A DNA stretch of 64,000 bases from an uncultured Candidatus Rokubacteria bacterium. GTDB lineage: Bacteria; Methylomirabilota; Methylomirabilia; Rokubacteriales; CSP1-6. Below are positions 9,813 to 20,462 of this stretch, in pieces (positions within the stretch are counted from its first letter, which is position 1; every line of letters begins with the position of its first letter). Location of the stretch: the NCBI GenBank assembly GCA_963758635.1, contig CAVWWD010000007.1, forward strand, positions 160,001 to 224,000, in the 5' to 3' direction. The position numbers and the translations under genes are program-made. Under the pieces are notes generated by a model that was not told where the DNA came from, searched no databases, and was given only the letters and a program-made list of their open reading frames with translations.

Positions 9813-11489
9813 ATGGACGACCTCTGGTTCAAGGACGCGGTGCTCTACGAGCTGCACGTGAAGGCGTTCCAGGACGACGACGGCAACGGGGTGGGCGACT
9901 TCCGCGGCCTGACGCGCCGGCTCGACTACCTGTCCGAGCTCGGCGTCGACTGCCTCTGGCTGCTGCCGTTCTTCCCGTCCCCCCTGCGGGACGACGGCTA
10001 CGACATCGCCGACTACCACGAGGTCTCGCCGCTGTACGGCAGCATGGCCGACTTCGAGGCGTTCCTGCGCGAGGCGCACCGGCGCGACATGCGGGTCATC
10101 GCCGACCTCGTCGTGAACCACACGTCGGACCAGCATCCGTGGTTCCAGGAGGCGCGGCGCGATCCCGCCTCGCCCCGCCGCGACTGGTACGTGTGGAGCC
10201 CCCACGACCGCGCGTACCGCGACGCCCGCATCATCTTCGTGGACACCGAGAAGTCGAACTGGACGTGGGACCCGGAGGCCGGCGCCTACTACTGGCACCG
10301 CTTCTTCAGCCACCAGCCCGACCTCAACTACGACAACCCCGCGGTGCGGCGGGCCATGACCGACGCGATGCGCTTCTGGCTCGACAAGGGCCTCGACGGG
10401 TTCCGCTGCGACGCGGTGCCGTACCTGTTCGAGCGCGAGGGGACGAGCTGCGAGAACCTCCCGGAGACCCACGTCTTCCTCAAGGCGCTGCGCGCCGAGC
10501 TCGACGCGCGGTACACGGGGCGCGTCCTCCTCGCCGAGGCGAACCAGTGGCCCAAGGACGTGCGGCCGTACTTCGGCGACGGCGACGAGTTCCACATGGC
10601 CTTCCACTTCCCGCTCATGCCGCGGATGTTCATGGCCGTCCACAGCGCCAACCGCCTGCCCATCACCGACATGTTCCAGCACACGCCGCGCATCCCCGAC
10701 GGCTGCCAGTGGTGCCTGTTCCTGCGCAACCACGACGAGCTGACGCTGGAGATGTGCACGGACCCCGAGCGCGACTACATGTACTACGCGTACGCGCAGG
10801 ACCCGCGCATGAAGCTCAACGTCGGGATCCGGCGCCGGCTCGCGCCCCTCGTCGACGGAGACCGGAGGAAGATCGAGCTGCTCAACGGGCTGCTGTTCGC
10901 CTTCCCCGGCACGCCCATCATCTACTACGGCGACGAGCTCGGCATGGGGGACAACATCCACCTCGGCGATCGGAACGGCGTGCGGACGCCGATGCAGTGG
11001 TCGGCCGACCGCAACGCGGGATTCTCGAGCGCGTCGCCCGAGCGGCTCTACACCCCCGTGATCACCGAGGCGCCGTACGGCTACCAGACCCTCAACGTCG
11101 AGGCCCAGCGGGCGTCGGCCAGCTCGCTCCTCCGGTGGACCCGGCGCCTCGTGGCCACGCGCAAGCGGACGAAGGCGTTCGGCCGCGGCGGCTTGCGCTT
11201 CCTCGAGCCGGACAACCAGCGCGTGCTGGCGTTCCTGCGCGAGCACGAGGGCGAGACGATCCTCGTCGTGGCCAACCTCGCCGATACCGTGGAGCCGGCC
11301 GTGCTCGCGCTGGCGCCGTTCGCGGGGCGCGTCCCCACGGAGATGTTCGACGGCGCGCGGCTGCCGCGCATCGGCCCCGAGCCGTACCTGCTCACGCTGG
11401 CGCCCTACGCCTTCTACTGGCTCCGCCTCGACGACCCCGCGGCGGCGACGGACCGGCCCTATGTCCTCGACTCGTCGTCCATCATCTAG
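9813..11489 (+). CDS. treS: Trehalose synthase (maltose alpha-D-glucosyltransferase)
   Basis: [54 protein letters not shown]. Confidence 0.95.
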   Translation: MDDLWFKDAVLYELHVKAFQDDDGNGVGDFRGLTRRLDYLSELGVDCLWLLPFFPSPLRDDGYDIADYHEVSPLYGSMADFEAFLREAHRRDMRVIADLVVNHTSDQHPWFQEARRDPASPRRDWYVWSPHDRAYRDARIIFVDTEKSNWTWDPEAGAYYWHRFFSHQPDLNYDNPAVRRAMTDAMRFWLDKGLDGFRCDAVPYLFEREGTSCENLPETHVFLKALRAELDARYTGRVLLAEANQWPKDVRPYFGDGDEFHMAFHFPLMPRMFMAVHSANRLPITDMFQHTPRIPDGCQWCLFLRNHDELTLEMCTDPERDYMYYAYAQDPRMKLNVGIRRRLAPLVDGDRRKIELLNGLLFAFPGTPIIYYGDELGMGDNIHLGDRNGVRTPMQWSADRNAGFSSASPERLYTPVITEAPYGYQTLNVEAQRASASSLLRWTRRLVATRKRTKAFGRGGLRFLEPDNQRVLAFLREHEGETILVVANLADTVEPAVLALAPFAGRVPTEMFDGARLPRIGPEPYLLTLAPYAFYWLRLDDPAAATDRPYVLDSSSII

Positions 11490-13680
11490 CCGCGCCGCGG
11501 CGCGGCCACCGCAATGGCTGTCGCGGGTGGCCGCCGCCCTGTCCGCGCGGCTGCCCGGCGAGCGGTGGTTCTCGGGCAAGGCCCGGAGCGTCGCGCGCGT
11601 GCGCCCGCTCGACTGGGCGGGCCTGCCCGGCAGCGCGGCGACGCTCGCCCTGTTCGAGGTCACCGGCGAGGCGGGCGACACCGAGCGGTACTTCGTTCCC
11701 CTGCGCGACGCCGACCCCGGCGCCGAGGCGCTCGACGACGCCGGGGTCTGCGCCGCGATCGTCGAGGCGATGCGCGCGGGCGCGGAGGTGCCGGGCGCCC
11801 GCGGCGTGTTCCGCTTCGCGTCCACCGCCGTGCTCCCCGAGATCTTGCCCGTGGCCCCGACCACGACGCGGTCCACGGGCGCCGAGCAGAGCAACACGTC
11901 GCGGGTGCTGGGCGAGCGCGCCATGCTCAAGGTGATCCGCCGCACCGAGACCGGGGTGAACCCCGAGCTCGAGCTCACGCGCTTCCTCACCGCCGAGACG
12001 CAGTTCCGCGAGGCGCCGCGGCTGGCCGGCTCGCTCGTCTGGGAGGGCGAGGCCGGCCCCCTGACCCTGGCGACGCTCCACGAGCTCGTGCCCGCGGTGG
12101 GCGACGCGTGGACCGTGCTCCAGCAGCGGCTCGACGAGTACTTCGCCGCCCTCGGCAATCGCGCCGGGGACGTGGCCGCCGACCCCGCGTACGCGCGCGC
12201 GCTCGGCGCCGCCGACGCGAAGGAGGCCCAGGCCCTCGGGTCGCTCACCGCCCGGCTGCACCGCGCGCTCGCGAGCGCCGGCCCGCGGAGCCCGATGGCG
12301 CCAGAGCCGATCACGGCCGACGACGTGGCGACCTGGCGGGCGGAGATGGAGGCACGGCTGGAGCGGTCGGCCGCCGGGCTCCGCGCCGGCCAGGCCGTCC
12401 TCACCGAGGACGCGGCGTCCGCGACCGAGCGCGTGCTCGCCGAGCTGCCCCGGCTCATCGAGCCGGCCGCCGGCCTCGAGGCGCTGGCCGCGGACGGCGT
12501 CGTCAAGATCCGGATCCACGGCGACTACCACCTGGGGCAGATCCTGAAGACGCGCGACGGCTTCGCGGTGGTGGACTTCGAGGGGGAGCCCGCCCGCGCG
12601 CTGCCCGCCCGGCGCGCCAAGGAATGCGCGCTTCGCGACGTGGCCGGCATGCTGCGTTCGTTCTCGTACGCGGTGCGGGCGGCGCTGCGCCGCGCCACCG
12701 AGAACGCTCCGGACAGCCCGCGGCTCGCCGAGCGGCTCGCGCCGTGGGCCGACGCCTGGGAGGAAGGCGTCCGCGAGGCCTTCCTCGAGGCGTACGTGGC
12801 GGGCGCGCGGGAGGACGCCGCCGTCGCGTTCGTCCCCGGCGAGCCGGACGCCGTCCACGCCGCGCTGCGCGCCTTCGAGCTGGACAAGGCCGTCTACGAG
12901 CTCGACTACGAGCTCAACCACCGTCCGAGCTGGGTGCGGATCCCCCTCGAGGCGCTGGCTCGGCTCGCCGCCGGTCCCGCGGCCCCGCGTCGCGCCGCGC
13001 GGCTCCGGCCCGGCGAGGGACCGTTCCGGTTCACCGCGTGCTTCGAGCTGCACGAGTTCCTGGGCGCGCGCGCGGAGAACGAGCGCCAGCTCGCCGAGCT
13101 CATCGAGACCGTGCCGCTGGACTCGATCTACTTCCACACCCATGGCTTCCTGCTGCGCCACCGCTTCGCGGCCGGGCTCTACCCGAACGACTTCGCCACG
13201 TGGGTGGCCGTCCACGTCCGCGACCAGGTGCTGGGGGAGCGCCTGGCCATGGTCGATCCGAGCGAGTTCCCGAACCTCCAGGCGCTCCGCGAGGAGCTGG
13301 TGGCGGTCATCGACGACCACCTCCGGCAGCTTCCCGTGGTGCCGCACGTGATCCTCGCCGAGCCGTTCGACTTCGTCCGCTCGCACATCGTCGAGATCCC
13401 CACCGGCGTCGAGGCGAGGACGCTCGCCGAGCTGCGCCAGGCGCTGCTCGAGGTGGACGTGAGCGCGATCTTCTTCCATCTCGTCGAGGCCCGCCTGCGC
13501 CTCGGCCGAGGGCAGAACGACTTCGCCGCGTGGTTCGAGCACGCGCTGGGGATGCCGGAGCTGGCCGCCCGGGCGCAGCAGGTGAGCCCCTACGGGGCGA
13601 GCCTGGAGCGGACGCGCGCGCGGCTCATCCAGCTCTGCGACGAGGCCCTGGCCGACCCCGCCTCCGGCGCGCCGCGATGA
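11461..13680 (+). CDS. Maltokinase (Mak/Pep2) fused to a C-terminal DUF5752-like domain
   Basis: [53 protein letters not shown]-terminus SIYFHTH...YPNDFATWV...SAIFFH...NDFAAW. Confidence 0.85.
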   Translation: MSSTRRPSSSRAAARPPQWLSRVAAALSARLPGERWFSGKARSVARVRPLDWAGLPGSAATLALFEVTGEAGDTERYFVPLRDADPGAEALDDAGVCAAIVEAMRAGAEVPGARGVFRFASTAVLPEILPVAPTTTRSTGAEQSNTSRVLGERAMLKVIRRTETGVNPELELTRFLTAETQFREAPRLAGSLVWEGEAGPLTLATLHELVPAVGDAWTVLQQRLDEYFAALGNRAGDVAADPAYARALGAADAKEAQALGSLTARLHRALASAGPRSPMAPEPITADDVATWRAEMEARLERSAAGLRAGQAVLTEDAASATERVLAELPRLIEPAAGLEALAADGVVKIRIHGDYHLGQILKTRDGFAVVDFEGEPARALPARRAKECALRDVAGMLRSFSYAVRAALRRATENAPDSPRLAERLAPWADAWEEGVREAFLEAYVAGAREDAAVAFVPGEPDAVHAALRAFELDKAVYELDYELNHRPSWVRIPLEALARLAAGPAAPRRAARLRPGEGPFRFTACFELHEFLGARAENERQLAELIETVPLDSIYFHTHGFLLRHRFAAGLYPNDFATWVAVHVRDQVLGERLAMVDPSEFPNLQALREELVAVIDDHLRQLPVVPHVILAEPFDFVRSHIVEIPTGVEARTLAELRQALLEVDVSAIFFHLVEARLRLGRGQNDFAAWFEHALGMPELAARAQQVSPYGASLERTRARLIQLCDEALADPASGAPR

Positions 13681-14879
13681 TCCCGCCCCAGCTCGAGGCG
13701 TACCAGGACATCGCGCCGCGGGGCACCATCGACCTCCTCATGCGGCTGGCCGAGCGGCTGCGCGGCCGGCGCTTCGTCCACGTCAACGGCAGCCGGTTCG
13801 GCGCGGGGTCGCCCGAGAGCTTGCGCCGGCTCGTCCCCATGCTGCAGGGGCTCGGCATCGACACGTCGTGGGAGGTGGTGGTGGGCGACCCCGACTTCTA
13901 CGCCGCGGTGCGGAGGATCGAACGGGGCCTCGCCGGGCTGGACCCGGCCGTCGCGGAGGCGTCGGTGCGCGCGTTCCGCGAGGGCGCGGCCGGCAACGCG
14001 GCGTCCCTCGCGCTCGCCGCCGACGTGGTCATGGTCCACGACGTCGCGGCCGTGCCCCTCGCCGAGCGGCGCGACGGGCAGGGGAGGTGGGTGTGGCGAT
14101 GCCACGCCGATCTCTCGCGCGCCCATCGCCGCGTCTGGCACGCCCTGCGCGAGAGCGTGGAACGCTACGACGCCGCGGTGTTCTCGCTGCCCCGGTTCGC
14201 CCAGCGCGTGCCGATCCCGACGCTCATCGTGCATCCGTCCATCGATCCGCTGAGCGAGCGCAACATGGACCTCAGGCGCGACGAGGTCGCGCAGATCCTG
14301 GACCGCCTGGGGGTGGCGCGCGACAAGCCCATCGTGCTCCAGGTGGCCCCGTACGCGAGCGACCGCGACCCGGTGGGCGTCGTCCGCGCGTACCGGCTGG
14401 CCAAGAAATACGCGGACTGCCGCCTGGTCCTCGCGGGCTGGGGCGTCAACGACAACGCCGAGGGCGCCGCGGCCCTCCAGGCGGTACGCGAGCTCGCCGG
14501 CAACGATCCCGACATCCGTCCCCTGGTGCTGCCGCCGGACGCCGGCCGCGAGCTGAACGCGCTGCAGCGGGCGGCCGCCGTCGTGGTGCACAAGCCGCTG
14601 CGCGAGGACTTCGGACTCGTCGTGGCCGAAGCCATGTGGAAGGGCAAGCCGGTGGTGGCCAGCACCGTCGGTGGCCTCTCGACCCAGGTCATCCACGAGG
14701 TCACCGGCTTCTGCGTGACCTCGGTGGAGGGCGCGGCGCTCCGCATCCGGCAGCTCCTCGAGGACCCCGAGCTGCGCGCGCGCCTCGGAGGCGCCGGCCG
14801 AGAGTACGTGCGGCGCCGGTTCCTCATCACCCGGCACCTCGGCGACTACCTCGCGCTCCTCGCGAGCTTCACGACATGA
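13677..14879 (+). CDS. TreT-like GT4 glycosyltransferase with divergent motifs
   Basis: WVWRCHAD, PSIDPLSERN, NALQRAA, EAMWKGKPVV; ATGA overlap with the upstream gene. Confidence 0.75.
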   Translation: MIPPQLEAYQDIAPRGTIDLLMRLAERLRGRRFVHVNGSRFGAGSPESLRRLVPMLQGLGIDTSWEVVVGDPDFYAAVRRIERGLAGLDPAVAEASVRAFREGAAGNAASLALAADVVMVHDVAAVPLAERRDGQGRWVWRCHADLSRAHRRVWHALRESVERYDAAVFSLPRFAQRVPIPTLIVHPSIDPLSERNMDLRRDEVAQILDRLGVARDKPIVLQVAPYASDRDPVGVVRAYRLAKKYADCRLVLAGWGVNDNAEGAAALQAVRELAGNDPDIRPLVLPPDAGRELNALQRAAAVVVHKPLREDFGLVVAEAMWKGKPVVASTVGGLSTQVIHEVTGFCVTSVEGAALRIRQLLEDPELRARLGGAGREYVRRRFLITRHLGDYLALLASFTT

Positions 14880-16118
14880 GCGAGGCGCGGCCGGACGGCG
14901 CCCTGCTCGCCGCCCCCGACGTGACCGCGGTCGACGCGCTGGCCGACGTGGACCTGGTGGTCGCGGTGGCCGCACGGGACCAGGACGCGGCGATCGTCGA
15001 GCTGCTCGAGGCGGCGGCGGCCGCGCTCGACAAGCACCTGCACGCGGAGCGCGGCGCCGTGGTCGCGCTCGAGGCCGCGGGCCACGCGCCCACGGGTGAG
15101 GCCCTGCGCGCGTGGTGCGCACAGTCCACGGCGGGCGCCCGCCGGCTGCTGCTGTCGCCCCGAGAGCCGCTCCGTACGGGCGATGCTCAGCGGACGCTGC
15201 TGGAGGTGGGCGGCCGGCCCGGCGTGACCGCGTGCCTCCTCGTCGACGGAGACCTGGCCGGCATGCCGGCGGAGGCGCTCGCCGGGTTGCTGGAGCCCGT
15301 CGTTCACGGGCTGGCCGACGCGGTCATGCCCGCCTACACGCGGGGGGCCTCGGAGGGGACGCTCACGACGAACCTGCTCAGGCCGGCGATGCTCGCCTTC
15401 TACGGTCGTGACCTGCAGCAGGTGGTGGGCGGGGTGACGGCCCTGGCCGGGCCGCTCGCGGGCCGTCTCGCCGAGGAGCGACCGCCGCTCTCCGAGGGTC
15501 CGGGGCCCGCGGTGTGGCTCACCACGGCGCTGGCCGCCGCGGACGCGCGGCTGGCGCAGGTGCACGTGGGGCGGCGCCCGGCGGGCCGGCCGGGCGCGGC
15601 GCGCGATCTCCCCGGCATCCTCGCGGACACGGTGGGCCCGCTGTTCGCGAGGCTCGAGGAGCACGCGGCGGTCTGGGAGGGGCGGCCCGACCGGCTCCCC
15701 GTGGCGACCCTCGGCGAATCGGCGCGCGATGCTCCCGATGCCCGTCCTCCCCGACGTGGCGCCGATGGTGCGCGCGTTCCGCCTCGGCGTGAAGGACCTG
15801 TCGCCGGTGTGGGAGCAGATCATGCTCACGTCCACGCTCGCCGACCTCTACCCGCTGGCGCTCCACGAGCCCGACGAGTTCCGCTTCGCGCCGTCGCTCT
15901 GGGCGCGCGTGGTCGTCGATTTCGCGGTGGCCTTCCACGAGCGCCGGTTGCCGGCCGACCACCTGCTGCGCTCCCTCACCCCGCTCTACCTGGGCCGCGT
16001 CGCCGCGTTCCTGCTCACGGCGTGGCGGCAGCCCGCGGACGCGGTGACGGCGGCCCTGACCGACGTCGCCCGCGCGTTCGAGGACGAACGCCCGGCCATG
16101 GCCGCGCGCTGGCGGTAG
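14876..16118 (+). CDS. Glucosylglycerate-synthase-like glycosyltransferase, divergent, frameshift near 15720
   Basis: VDGDL...PAYTRGASEGTLTTNLLRP...YGRDLQQVVGG; C-terminal part (LWARVVVDFA, LTPLYLGRVAAF) lies in a second frame, 15729-16118. Confidence 0.65.
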
Positions 16119-16238
16119 CGCCGCGGCCCGCCAGCGGCCACCAGCCGTGGTGGAAATCCGGTATGCTCCGGACGAGCATGAGACGCGGCGCGGGCGACAT
16201 GGCTGGGCCGGCGGGATGAGGCACGCGGGTGCCGGCTA

Positions 16239-16320
16239 GTGAGCCCCGCGCATCTGACTAATGCCGAGCGGTGGGACTATAGGGGCCCGTGGCGTTGCCG
16301 TATTCTGCGAGGGTCATGAG
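16239..16320. repeat. Dispersed ~82-bp repeat, copy A
   Basis: Aligns to 42633-42715 with 9 substitutions and 1 gap. Confidence 0.9.
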
Positions 16321-18436
16321 GACCGCTCCCCGCGGCGCGCCCCGGGACGCCGCGGCCGCGGTGGGCCTCGACACGCCGCTGCAGTTCCTCAAGGGCGTGG
16401 GGCCGCAGAAGTCCCAGCTCCTCGAGCGCATCGGCCTCGTCACCGTTCACGACGCGCTCCTGCACCTGCCGAGCCGCCACGAGGACCGGAGCCGTATCCT
16501 CCCGCTGCGCAGCGTGACCCCGGGGGACGCGCGAACCTGCGCGGGGACCATCGCGGGGGTGAGCCCGCCACCGCGCGGGCGCCCGCGTGTGCCGCTCGCC
16601 GTGGTCCTCCGCGACGCCACCGGCTTCCTCCGCGCCCTCTGGTTCAACCAGCGCTATCTCGAGCGCGTCTTCACGCGCGGCCAGCGGCTCATCGTCCATG
16701 GCAAGGTGCAGCCGCCGCGGGGCGGCGGCGCCCTCGAGATGCTGGTGAAGGACTACGAGATCGTCGAGAGCGCCGACGACGAGCATCTGCACACGGGCCG
16801 CCTCGTCCCCATCTATCCCGCCACCGAGCGTGTGTCGCAGCGGTGGCTCCGCGCGCTGACGCGGCGGCTCGTCGACGAGTTCGCCGACCGCGTGCCCGAG
16901 ACGCTGCCCGAGCCGCTCCGGGCGCGCCGCGACCTCGACGCCATCGCCCGCGCGATCCGCGAAGGACACTTCCCCGAGACGGAGGCCGAGCAGGCGCGGG
17001 CGCGGCGCCGCCTCGTCTTCGAGGACTTCCTCGTGCTGGAGCTGGGCCTCGCCATCCGCCGCCACCGTGAGGGCCGCGAGCCCGGACTGGCCATGCGGCC
17101 GCCCGGCGCCCTCGGGCGGCGCCTCCTCGAGTCGCTGCCGTTCGCGCTCACCGCCGCCCAGGAGCGCGTCTGGCAGGAGATCCGGGTCGACATGGCCACC
17201 GCGCACCCGATGAACCGGCTCCTCCAGGGCGACGTGGGATCCGGCAAGACGCTCGTGGCCGTGCTCGCCATGCTCACCGCGATCGAGTCGGGGTTCCAGG
17301 CCGCGCTGATGGCGCCCACCGAGATCCTGGCCGAGCAGCACGCGCGGACGCTCGGCGCGCTGCTCCGGCCGCTCGACCTCGGGGTGGCGCTCCTCACCAA
17401 CGCCACGCGGGGCAAGGAACGCCAGGCCCTTCTCGCCGCCGTCGCCGACGGCACGCTGCCGTGCGTGGTGGGCACCCACGCCCTCGTCCAGGGCGGCGTG
17501 ACGTTCCGGCGGCTCGGCCTCGCCGTGGTGGACGAGCAGCACCGCTTCGGCGTGCTCCAGCGCGCCACCCTCCGCTCGAAGGGGGAGCGGCCCGACGTGC
17601 TGGTGATGACGGCCACGCCCATCCCGCGGACGCTCGCCCTCACGCTCTACGGCGATCTCGACGTGTCGGTGATCGACGCGATGCCGCCGGGCCGCCGGCC
17701 GGTGCGCACGTTCGTCCGGGAGGAGAACAAGCGGCGCGACATCTACGCGTTCCTTCGTGAGGAGATGCGCGCGGGCCGGCAGGTCTACGTCGTCTACCCG
17801 CTCGTGGAGGAGTCCGAGGTCTCCGACCTCCGGGCCGCGACCGAGATGCAGGGACAGCTCGCCGCCGAGGTCTTCCCGGAGTTCGCGGTAGGCCTCCTCC
17901 ACGGCCAGATGGCCGGGGCGGAGAAGGACCGGGTGATGGAGGAGTTCCGCGCCGGGCGCGTCCAGCTCCTGGTCTCCACCACCGTGATCGAGGTGGGCAT
18001 CGACGTGCCGAACGCATCCGTCATGCTCGTGGAGCACGCCGAGCGCTTCGGGCTGTCCCAGCTCCACCAGCTCCGCGGCCGCGTGGGCCGTGGCCCGTGG
18101 AAGAGCTACTGCATCCTGATGAGCCGCGCCGCCGGAGCGTCCGACGCGCGCCGCCGGCTCGACGCCATGGCCGAGACGAGCGACGGGTTCCGGATCGCCG
18201 AGACGGACCTGTCGCTCCGCGGGCCCGGCGACTTCTTCGGCACGCGCCAGTCCGGCCTGCCCGCGTTCCGCGTCGCCGACCTCCTGCGCGACGCGGCGGT
18301 GCTCGAGGAGGCGCGCCAGGAGGCGTTCAAGCTGGTCGCCACCGACCCGGACCTGCGCGCACCGGAGCACCGCGCCCTCCGCGCCGCGCTGCTGGCGCGC
18401 TGGCGCGGCAAGCTCGATCTCGCCAGTGTCGGGTGA
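16289..18436 (+). CDS. recG: ATP-dependent DNA helicase RecG (start may be ATG 16316)
   Basis: LKGVGP, MNRLLQGDVGSGKT, DEQHRFG, MTATPIPRTL, QLHQLRGRVGRG. Confidence 0.97.
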   Translation: MALPYSARVMRTAPRGAPRDAAAAVGLDTPLQFLKGVGPQKSQLLERIGLVTVHDALLHLPSRHEDRSRILPLRSVTPGDARTCAGTIAGVSPPPRGRPRVPLAVVLRDATGFLRALWFNQRYLERVFTRGQRLIVHGKVQPPRGGGALEMLVKDYEIVESADDEHLHTGRLVPIYPATERVSQRWLRALTRRLVDEFADRVPETLPEPLRARRDLDAIARAIREGHFPETEAEQARARRRLVFEDFLVLELGLAIRRHREGREPGLAMRPPGALGRRLLESLPFALTAAQERVWQEIRVDMATAHPMNRLLQGDVGSGKTLVAVLAMLTAIESGFQAALMAPTEILAEQHARTLGALLRPLDLGVALLTNATRGKERQALLAAVADGTLPCVVGTHALVQGGVTFRRLGLAVVDEQHRFGVLQRATLRSKGERPDVLVMTATPIPRTLALTLYGDLDVSVIDAMPPGRRPVRTFVREENKRRDIYAFLREEMRAGRQVYVVYPLVEESEVSDLRAATEMQGQLAAEVFPEFAVGLLHGQMAGAEKDRVMEEFRAGRVQLLVSTTVIEVGIDVPNASVMLVEHAERFGLSQLHQLRGRVGRGPWKSYCILMSRAAGASDARRRLDAMAETSDGFRIAETDLSLRGPGDFFGTRQSGLPAFRVADLLRDAAVLEEARQEAFKLVATDPDLRAPEHRALRAALLARWRGKLDLASVG

Positions 18437-18446
18437 GGCCGCTCGC

Positions 18447-19346
18447 ATGACGACAACCTTCCCGGTGCGTCTGCGCACCATCGACGCCGGGGGGCCGGTG
18501 CACTTCGCCGATTTCGGCGGCGTGGGACCGCCGATGGTCCTCGTGCACGGGCTCGGCGGGTCTTGCGAGAACTGGCTCGCCGTGGGCGGCGCGCTGGCCG
18601 AGCACGCGCGGGTGCTGGCCCCGGATCTGCCGGGCTTCGGCCGCACGCCGCCCGCGGGCCGCGAGATCACCGTGACGGCCAGTCAGCGCTCGCTCCATCG
18701 CTTCCTCGAGGTCGCCGTGGGGCAGCCGGCGGTCCTCGTGGGCAACTCGATGGGCGGCCTCGTCGCCATGATGCAGGCGGCGAGCGAGCCGGCCAGCGTG
18801 GCCGGGCTCGTCCTGGTTGCGCCGGCGCAACCGCAGGTTCGCGGCGGGCGGCCCGATCTCGCGGTCCAGGCGCTGTTCGCCATCTACCTGGTGCCCGGCG
18901 TGGCCGGTTGGTTCCTCCGGACGCGAGCGGCCCGGCTCGGGCCCGAAGGGTTGGTGGCGGAGCTCCTTCGCCTGCTCTGCATCGACGGCTCCCGGGTGCC
19001 GCCGGACGTGCAACGCGCGCACGTCGCACTGGTCCGCGAGCGGCTCGAGTCGATGCCGTGGGCCAACGACGTCTTCCTGTCGGCCACCCGCTCGCTGCTC
19101 GGCCTGCTGCTGCGCCCCTCGCGCTACCACGCGATGGTCGACCGCATCGCCGCGCCGACGCTCCTGGTCCATGGCCGCGGTGATCGGCTCGTGCCGCTGG
19201 CCGGCTCGCAGGCGCTGGTCCGCCGGAAGCCGGACTGGGCGCTCGACGTGCTCGACGACATCGGCCACGTGCCGCAGCTCGAGGCCCCAGCGCGCTTCGT
19301 CGATGCGGTCGTGCGTTGGCTCGGGGGCCGGTCGGGGCGCGCGTGA
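18447..19346 (+). CDS. Alpha/beta-fold hydrolase
   Basis: VHGLGGS, GNSMGG, GHVPQLE. Confidence 0.9.
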   Translation: MTTTFPVRLRTIDAGGPVHFADFGGVGPPMVLVHGLGGSCENWLAVGGALAEHARVLAPDLPGFGRTPPAGREITVTASQRSLHRFLEVAVGQPAVLVGNSMGGLVAMMQAASEPASVAGLVLVAPAQPQVRGGRPDLAVQALFAIYLVPGVAGWFLRTRAARLGPEGLVAELLRLLCIDGSRVPPDVQRAHVALVRERLESMPWANDVFLSATRSLLGLLLRPSRYHAMVDRIAAPTLLVHGRGDRLVPLAGSQALVRRKPDWALDVLDDIGHVPQLEAPARFVDAVVRWLGGRSGRA

Positions 19347-19378
19347 GCCTCTCCACCGGCATTCGCGAGCGAGGCGGC

Positions 19379-19933
19379 GTGCGAGTCATCGCGGGGGAGC
19401 TGAAGGGGCGGCGCCTGGTGACGCCGCGGGGCCGGACGACACGGCCCACCGCGGACCAGGTCCGCATCGCGTGCCTGGACACCCTGATGCCGTTCGTCGC
19501 CGGCGGCCCCTTCCTGGACCTCTTCGCGGGGGCGGGGGGCGTGGGGATCGAGGCGCTGTCCCGCGGCGCGCCCCACGCCGTGTTCGTGGAGACGGACCCC
19601 GCGGCGCTGCGCGCGCTCCGCGACAACGTCGATGCGCTCGGGCTCGCGGGCCGGGCGCGCGTGCTCCGGGCCGACGCGGAGCGGGGCGTGGAAACGCTGG
19701 CCCGCGCCGGCGAGCGGTTCGCCGTGGTCTTCCTGGATCCGCCCTACGACTCGCCACGCGCCGCCCCCGCGCTCGCGCGGGTCCTGGAGGGCGCGTGCCT
19801 GCTTCCCGGGGCGGTCGTCGTGGTCCAGCACGCCACGAAGACGCCGCCCGCGCTCGGCAGCGACGTGGTGGCCGCGTGGAAGACCCGCCGGTTCGGGGAG
19901 ACGTCCTTGACATTCCTCCGCGCCCCTGCCTAA
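19379..19933 (+). CDS. rsmD: 16S rRNA (guanine(966)-N2)-methyltransferase
   Basis: VRVIAGELKGRRL, TRPT, LDLFAGAG, EALSRGA, FLDPPY; adjacent to coaD. Confidence 0.92.
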   Translation: MRVIAGELKGRRLVTPRGRTTRPTADQVRIACLDTLMPFVAGGPFLDLFAGAGGVGIEALSRGAPHAVFVETDPAALRALRDNVDALGLAGRARVLRADAERGVETLARAGERFAVVFLDPPYDSPRAAPALARVLEGACLLPGAVVVVQHATKTPPALGSDVVAAWKTRRFGETSLTFLRAPA

Positions 19934-19976
19934 ACTCAGCCGGTTTCGAGCCCGATCCTTCCGCCGGAGGTCTCTC

Positions 19977-20462
19977 GTGGGCAAGCGCGGAGTGTATCCC
20001 GGGATGTTCGACCCCATGCACAACGGACACCTGGACCTCATCGAGCGCAGCCTGCGCATCTTCGACGAGCTCATCGTGGCCGTCGTCGCCAACCCGTCCA
20101 AGGAGCCGCTGTTCACGGTGAAGGAGCGGCTCGAGCTGATCGACGAGGCGACGCGCGGCCTCGAGCGCATGCGCATCACGTCGTTCGACGGCCTGCTCGT
20201 GGACCTCGTGAACCGCGAGGCCGCGGACTGCATCGTCCGGGGCATCCGCGCGGTGTCGGACTTCGAGTACGAGTTCCAGATGGCGCTGATGAACCGGAAG
20301 CTGCAGAGCACCGTGGAGACGGTGTTCATGATGCCCCACGAGCGCTACAGCTACGTCTCCTCGCGGCTCATCAAGGAGGTGGCCTCGCTGGGCGCCCCCG
20401 TCACCGGCATGGTGCCGCCCATCGTCGAGGAGCGTCTGAACGAGAAGTTCCCCAAGAGGTGA
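19977..20462 (+). CDS. coaD: Pantetheine-phosphate adenylyltransferase
   Basis: YPGMFDPMHNGHLD, RGIRAVSDFEYEFQMALMNR. Confidence 0.97.
   Translation: MGKRGVYPGMFDPMHNGHLDLIERSLRIFDELIVAVVANPSKEPLFTVKERLELIDEATRGLERMRITSFDGLLVDLVNREAADCIVRGIRAVSDFEYEFQMALMNRKLQSTVETVFMMPHERYSYVSSRLIKEVASLGAPVTGMVPPIVEERLNEKFPKR

Noticed and set aside
7797..11489. Apparent 1230-aa TreS with a long N-terminal extension
   Set aside because: The extension is an off-frame reading of glgE; TreS starts near 9813.
5229..12506. Very long antisense and off-frame ORFs (e.g. 949, 813, 970 aa), also seen elsewhere in the window
   Set aside because: Expected in high-GC DNA opposite real genes; no motifs.
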